From Gammaproteobacteria bacterium (GTDB lineage: Bacteria > Pseudomonadota > Gammaproteobacteria > GCA-001735895): a stretch of 64,000 nucleotides of DNA. The stretch lies in NCBI GenBank assembly GCA_024763505.1, contig JANTFI010000002.1, forward strand, positions 9,990 to 73,989. The letters are read 5' to 3'. Below, piece after piece: positions 61,167 through 64,000 of the stretch. The notes under the pieces are model-generated. The model worked only from the letters and a program-made list of their open reading frames with translations. It did no database searches and was not told the DNA's origin. A program made the position numbers and the translations under genes. Position 1 is the first letter of the stretch. Every line of letters begins with the position of its first letter.

Positions 61167-61976
61167 TTGCTAATATTATTAAACACTTACAGCGACATGA
61201 AAAAAGAAATCATCATCATCGGCCTGGGCGAAATGGGCAGCGTTTTTTCCCGCGGTTTTCTCAAAGCTTCGCATCCGGTCATCCCCGTCAATCGACAGCA
61301 ATCGCCATCAAGTGTCGCCGAGCAATACCCGCAACCCGAGCTGGTGCTGATCGCTGTCGGAGAAAAGGACTTGCCCACCACGCTCGATAACCTGCCCGAT
61401 GTCTGGCGCGATAAGGCCGTATTGCTACAAAATGAATTACTGCCCCGAGACTGGCAAGACAAGAATTTGACTGACCCCACCATCATCTCGGTCTGGTTCG
61501 AGAAAAAGCCCGAAATGGATTACAAGGTTCTGGTGCCATCACCCGCACATGGCCCAAAAGCTGAAATCATTCAACAGGCCTTGGCAACGCTGCAGATTCC
61601 GGTCGAAATCATCCAGACCGAGCAAGATATGCTGTTCGAGTTGGTACGAAAAAACATGTACATCCTGACCACCAATATTTGTGGCCTCAAAGTCGGCGGA
61701 ACGGTCAAAAAGTTATGGGATGACCATGCGGTAGTAATGAATCAGGTTTTCGATGATGTGCTGGCGATTCAGCAATGCCTGACCGGCAAAGTCTTTGAGC
61801 GGGATCGCCTGCTCGCAGCCGTACTGGCCGCTTTTGATGGCGACCCCGAACACCAATGCATGGGCCGAAGTGCCCCGGCACGTCTTGATCGTGCCTGCAA
61901 AATGGCTCAACAATGCCAGCTTGAGACCCCGGCACTGAAAGCCATTAAACAAGCTACGGTGGATAGCCCATCGTAA
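61167..61976 (+). CDS. putative NAD(P)-binding Rossmann-fold protein (ketopantoate reductase/6PGDH-like N-terminus)
   Basis: IIIIGLGEMGSVF dinucleotide-binding motif near the N-terminus. Likely start at 61197 (MKKEIIIIG). Function not assignable from sequence alone. Confidence 0.4.
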   Translation: MLILLNTYSDMKKEIIIIGLGEMGSVFSRGFLKASHPVIPVNRQQSPSSVAEQYPQPELVLIAVGEKDLPTTLDNLPDVWRDKAVLLQNELLPRDWQDKNLTDPTIISVWFEKKPEMDYKVLVPSPAHGPKAEIIQQALATLQIPVEIIQTEQDMLFELVRKNMYILTTNICGLKVGGTVKKLWDDHAVVMNQVFDDVLAIQQCLTGKVFERDRLLAAVLAAFDGDPEHQCMGRSAPARLDRACKMAQQCQLETPALKAIKQATVDSPS

Positions 61977-62084
61977 AGAAAACTGACAGTTACAACGAAT
62001 ATATTGTCAGATTTTTTTACAGTTTCCGTATGACTTTAATAATTCAGATAGCTATCTTGCTGTTTTAAAAAGCCTTAGACTCAT

Positions 62085-62100
62085 GGGCCTGAAAATTGCT
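62085..62100 (+). promoter_or_regulatory. candidate sigma-54 (-24/-12) promoter upstream of the PEP-CTERM gene
   Basis: GGGCCTG-aaaa-TTGCT fits the consensus TGGCACG-N4-TTGCW at 10 of 12 defined positions. It lies about 40 bp upstream of the GTG start. Confidence 0.3.
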
Positions 62101-62140
62101 TGAAACCGTGAACTGTTTCAAACTTTTAGGGAGAAAACCG

Positions 62141-62758
62141 GTGAAACACCTGAATGCACTTTTTTTGAGTTGTACCTTATTAATCTCGAACGCTGCCTTC
62201 GCGGCAGTGATCGATCTCACGACTGCGCCCAATTGTGATAAATCGGGTATCACCGGAGATTCTGGCGGGGCCAATCAATGCAAAGGGATATTTTTTGGTA
62301 ATGACGACCCTTTAAACTCCTATGAACTCGACGGTCAATCCTTTGAATTTATTGGAGACAGTCTGGGTAGCGAGATTTCATTAACTGCCAACGCAGCCAA
62401 TACCTCAGGCACCTGGGCATTTTCATCGCTTGTAGATACCACTGATTTTGACGACTTTCTGTTGACTTTAAATTACAGTCCAGATCCCTCATCAACTCTG
62501 CCAGGCTCACCTGCAATATGGGGTGCTTATATTTTCGATGGCGCCGCGAATGCTTCAATAAGCGGCGGATGGGATACCCAATTCGATTTTAAAACACCCT
62601 TAGAAACGCTGGCACTGACAAAAATGTCTCTGTATGGAGTAAAAACCGCAGGATCTATTCCACCACCTACAGGATCTGTTCCGGAACCTTCAATTCTGGC
62701 TTTATTCGGGCTGGGTATTCTGGGGATGACGCTGCTGCGGAGAACACGCAAAAGCTGA
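62141..62758 (+). CDS. PEP-CTERM sorting-domain secreted protein
   Basis: GTG start after AGGGAGAAAA; signal peptide. C-terminus VPEPSILALFGLGILGMTLLRRTRKS is the PEP motif plus TM helix plus basic tail. The ORF track starts earlier at an in-frame TTG. Confidence 0.7.
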   Translation: MKHLNALFLSCTLLISNAAFAAVIDLTTAPNCDKSGITGDSGGANQCKGIFFGNDDPLNSYELDGQSFEFIGDSLGSEISLTANAANTSGTWAFSSLVDTTDFDDFLLTLNYSPDPSSTLPGSPAIWGAYIFDGAANASISGGWDTQFDFKTPLETLALTKMSLYGVKTAGSIPPPTGSVPEPSILALFGLGILGMTLLRRTRKS

Positions 62759-62801
62759 ATTTGGGTGCAAGCCGATATCCGAGCTTGAGGCCTTGATTGC
62801 A

Positions 62802-62840
62802 AAAGCCTGTTTTCGATCTTCTCGAAAACAGGCTTTTTTT
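62802..62840. terminator. bidirectional Rho-independent terminator between the PEP-CTERM gene and convergent ampE
   Basis: A4-GCCTGTTTTCG-atcttct-CGAAAACAGGC-T7: an 11-bp stem followed by a T-run. Confidence 0.65.
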
Positions 62841-62845
62841 ATGCC

Positions 62846-63709
62846 TCAAATCCAGCTTGTAGCCGCCACAATCAATAACCAGACCACCAAGGATCGTAAC
62901 ACCAGACCGCGTGCTTTTCTCAGTGACGTGACTGCCAACGGATGATGATCGATCACTTCCGGTAAATGGATAGCCATTTCTCCGACCTGCTGTAACAGTT
63001 CAAGATTTTGTTCATAGATATCCACTGCCGTTGTCGCACCGTGCCGATAAGCCTGCAAGGCTTCATCAAAATTGCCGCTGATCATGTAGGCAAACAAGGT
63101 GATTCTAACCGGTATCCAGTCCAGCCAGCCGAGCAATTGACGAAGCTCTGGCCGCAACTTGCCCAGCGATTCATCCAGCAGGTCGGTGTCATACATTTGC
63201 TGCAAGACGCGATAAGCCAAAGCTGCAACCGGCCCAAGTAACACAAACCAGAACAACAAGGCAAAGATACGCGTATTGGCCTGCACGAATATGGATTGGC
63301 TAACCTGCCGGACTTGTGCAGACATTCCGGCTTCAGCCTCTGCACCACAGATCTGGCTTGCAATCAGCGCCTGTTGCGTTTCATCGCCAGACTCTACTGC
63401 ATCGATATAATCATCCACTTGGCGGTCGAGTAATTGCGGGCCCAGCAAAAAAAACAGCAGAGCAACATTAAAGGCCAGTTCGAACAAACCGAACAGGGCT
63501 TTATCGAACAGGCCGCTGGCCATCCAGACCACCAGCATCAAGGGTATCATCAGCGCTGCCAGACTACCCCAGTTGCCAAAACGTTCAATATGCAGCACAT
63601 CGACCATCCATCGGCCATATTCTCGAAGCCAGTCAAATCGTCGCAGTTCAACAAATTGTGGAAAAATGCGCTCCAGCAACAGAGCGATCAGAATACTAAG
63701 AAAGGTCAT
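62846..63709 (-). CDS. ampE: AmpE regulatory membrane protein
   Basis: 287 aa; MTF(L)SILIALLLERIF N-terminus resembles E. coli AmpE; 4 TM helices. Overlaps the ampD stop (ampDE operon). Confidence 0.8.
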   Translation of the reverse strand: MTFLSILIALLLERIFPQFVELRRFDWLREYGRWMVDVLHIERFGNWGSLAALMIPLMLVVWMASGLFDKALFGLFELAFNVALLFFLLGPQLLDRQVDDYIDAVESGDETQQALIASQICGAEAEAGMSAQVRQVSQSIFVQANTRIFALLFWFVLLGPVAALAYRVLQQMYDTDLLDESLGKLRPELRQLLGWLDWIPVRITLFAYMISGNFDEALQAYRHGATTAVDIYEQNLELLQQVGEMAIHLPEVIDHHPLAVTSLRKARGLVLRSLVVWLLIVAATSWI

Positions 63710-64000
63710 ATCTTTTTATGATGGTTGCAAGATTAGCCCAGTCGAAACCGGGACCCGGGTCGGTTTTGCGCCCCGGCGCGATATCGCTGTGTCCACACAA
63801 CGCCGGTTCGGAGATGGCAGGATACTGTTTCCTCAAGGCGATTACCAGTTGCGCCAACGCCTGGTATTGAGCAGGTTCGAAAGTATCTTCGTCGCAGCCT
63901 TCCAGTTCGATACCGATGGAGAAATCATTGCAGTTTTCGCGATCCAACCAGCACGAAACTCCGGCATGCCAGGCACGATCATCGAATGAAACGAACTGGC
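63696..64000 (-). CDS. ampD: 1,6-anhydro-N-acetylmuramyl-L-alanine amidase AmpD (3' portion; N-terminus lies beyond the window end)
   Basis: C-terminal AmpD/amidase_2 motifs IGIELEG and GHSDIAPGRKTDPGP.FDW. The ORF continues to the window edge on the minus strand. Confidence 0.8.
   Translation of the reverse strand, partial: QFVSFDDRAWHAGVSCWLDRENCNDFSIGIELEGCDEDTFEPAQYQALAQLVIALRKQYPAISEPALCGHSDIAPGRKTDPGPGFDWANLATIIKRYDLS

Noticed and set aside
62096-62140. TTG start proposed by the ORF track for the PEP-CTERM gene
   Set aside because: The GTG at 62141 is preceded by a strong AGGGAGAAAA Shine-Dalgarno and yields a proper signal peptide. The upstream TTG would place the sigma-54-like element inside the ORF.

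Overview
This 64 kb window looks like core chromosome from a moderate-GC (about 50-55%) gammaproteobacterium. It is densely coding (about 70 genes), and I found no rRNA, tRNA, CRISPR array, IS element or prophage.

Gene order is strikingly Pseudomonas-like. On the minus strand, 495-11638 carries acpS-pdxJ-recO-era-rnc-DUF4845-lepB-lepA-grx-like-degP(mucD)-rseC-rseB-rseA-rpoE, with nadB divergent from rpoE. Later, 40629-49065 carries aroQ-accB-accC-prmA-DUF3426-dusB-fis-purH-purD.

Between these blocks are:
- a YjbQ-family gene, a standalone GltD/DsrL-like Fe-S flavoprotein, adk and nhaA
- a convergent FbpABC-type iron ABC transporter
- glnE, ilvE and a two-gene RND efflux module (adaptor plus pump)
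- a flavocytochrome c sulfide dehydrogenase pair (fccAB), which points to a sulfur-oxidising lifestyle
- groESL, preceded by both a sigma-32 promoter and a perfect CIRCE operator
- fxsA, then cutA-dsbD-tlpA

Downstream of purD lies a less conserved block (49.1-55.7 kb). It holds a YgiT-type zinc-ribbon ORF behind a perfect 11-bp inverted repeat, and a PhoPQ-like two-component system with an upstream glycine-zipper lipoprotein. It also holds a CPA antiporter, a thioredoxin-fold/HEAT-repeat fusion protein, and a response regulator with two receiver domains, the first a pseudo-receiver. After that come yadGH, tatD, a MOSC protein, bpt, an inositol-monophosphatase-family gene, a PEP-CTERM protein with a sigma-54-like promoter, and ampE-ampD.

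I see no convincing novel multi-gene system such as a defence island. The most unusual items are domain-architecture oddities: a DsbD with two catalytic-looking alpha domains; an RND pump with a histone-H1-like tail and an in-frame low-complexity continuation past its stop codon; the Trx-HEAT fusion; and the pseudo-receiver regulator.
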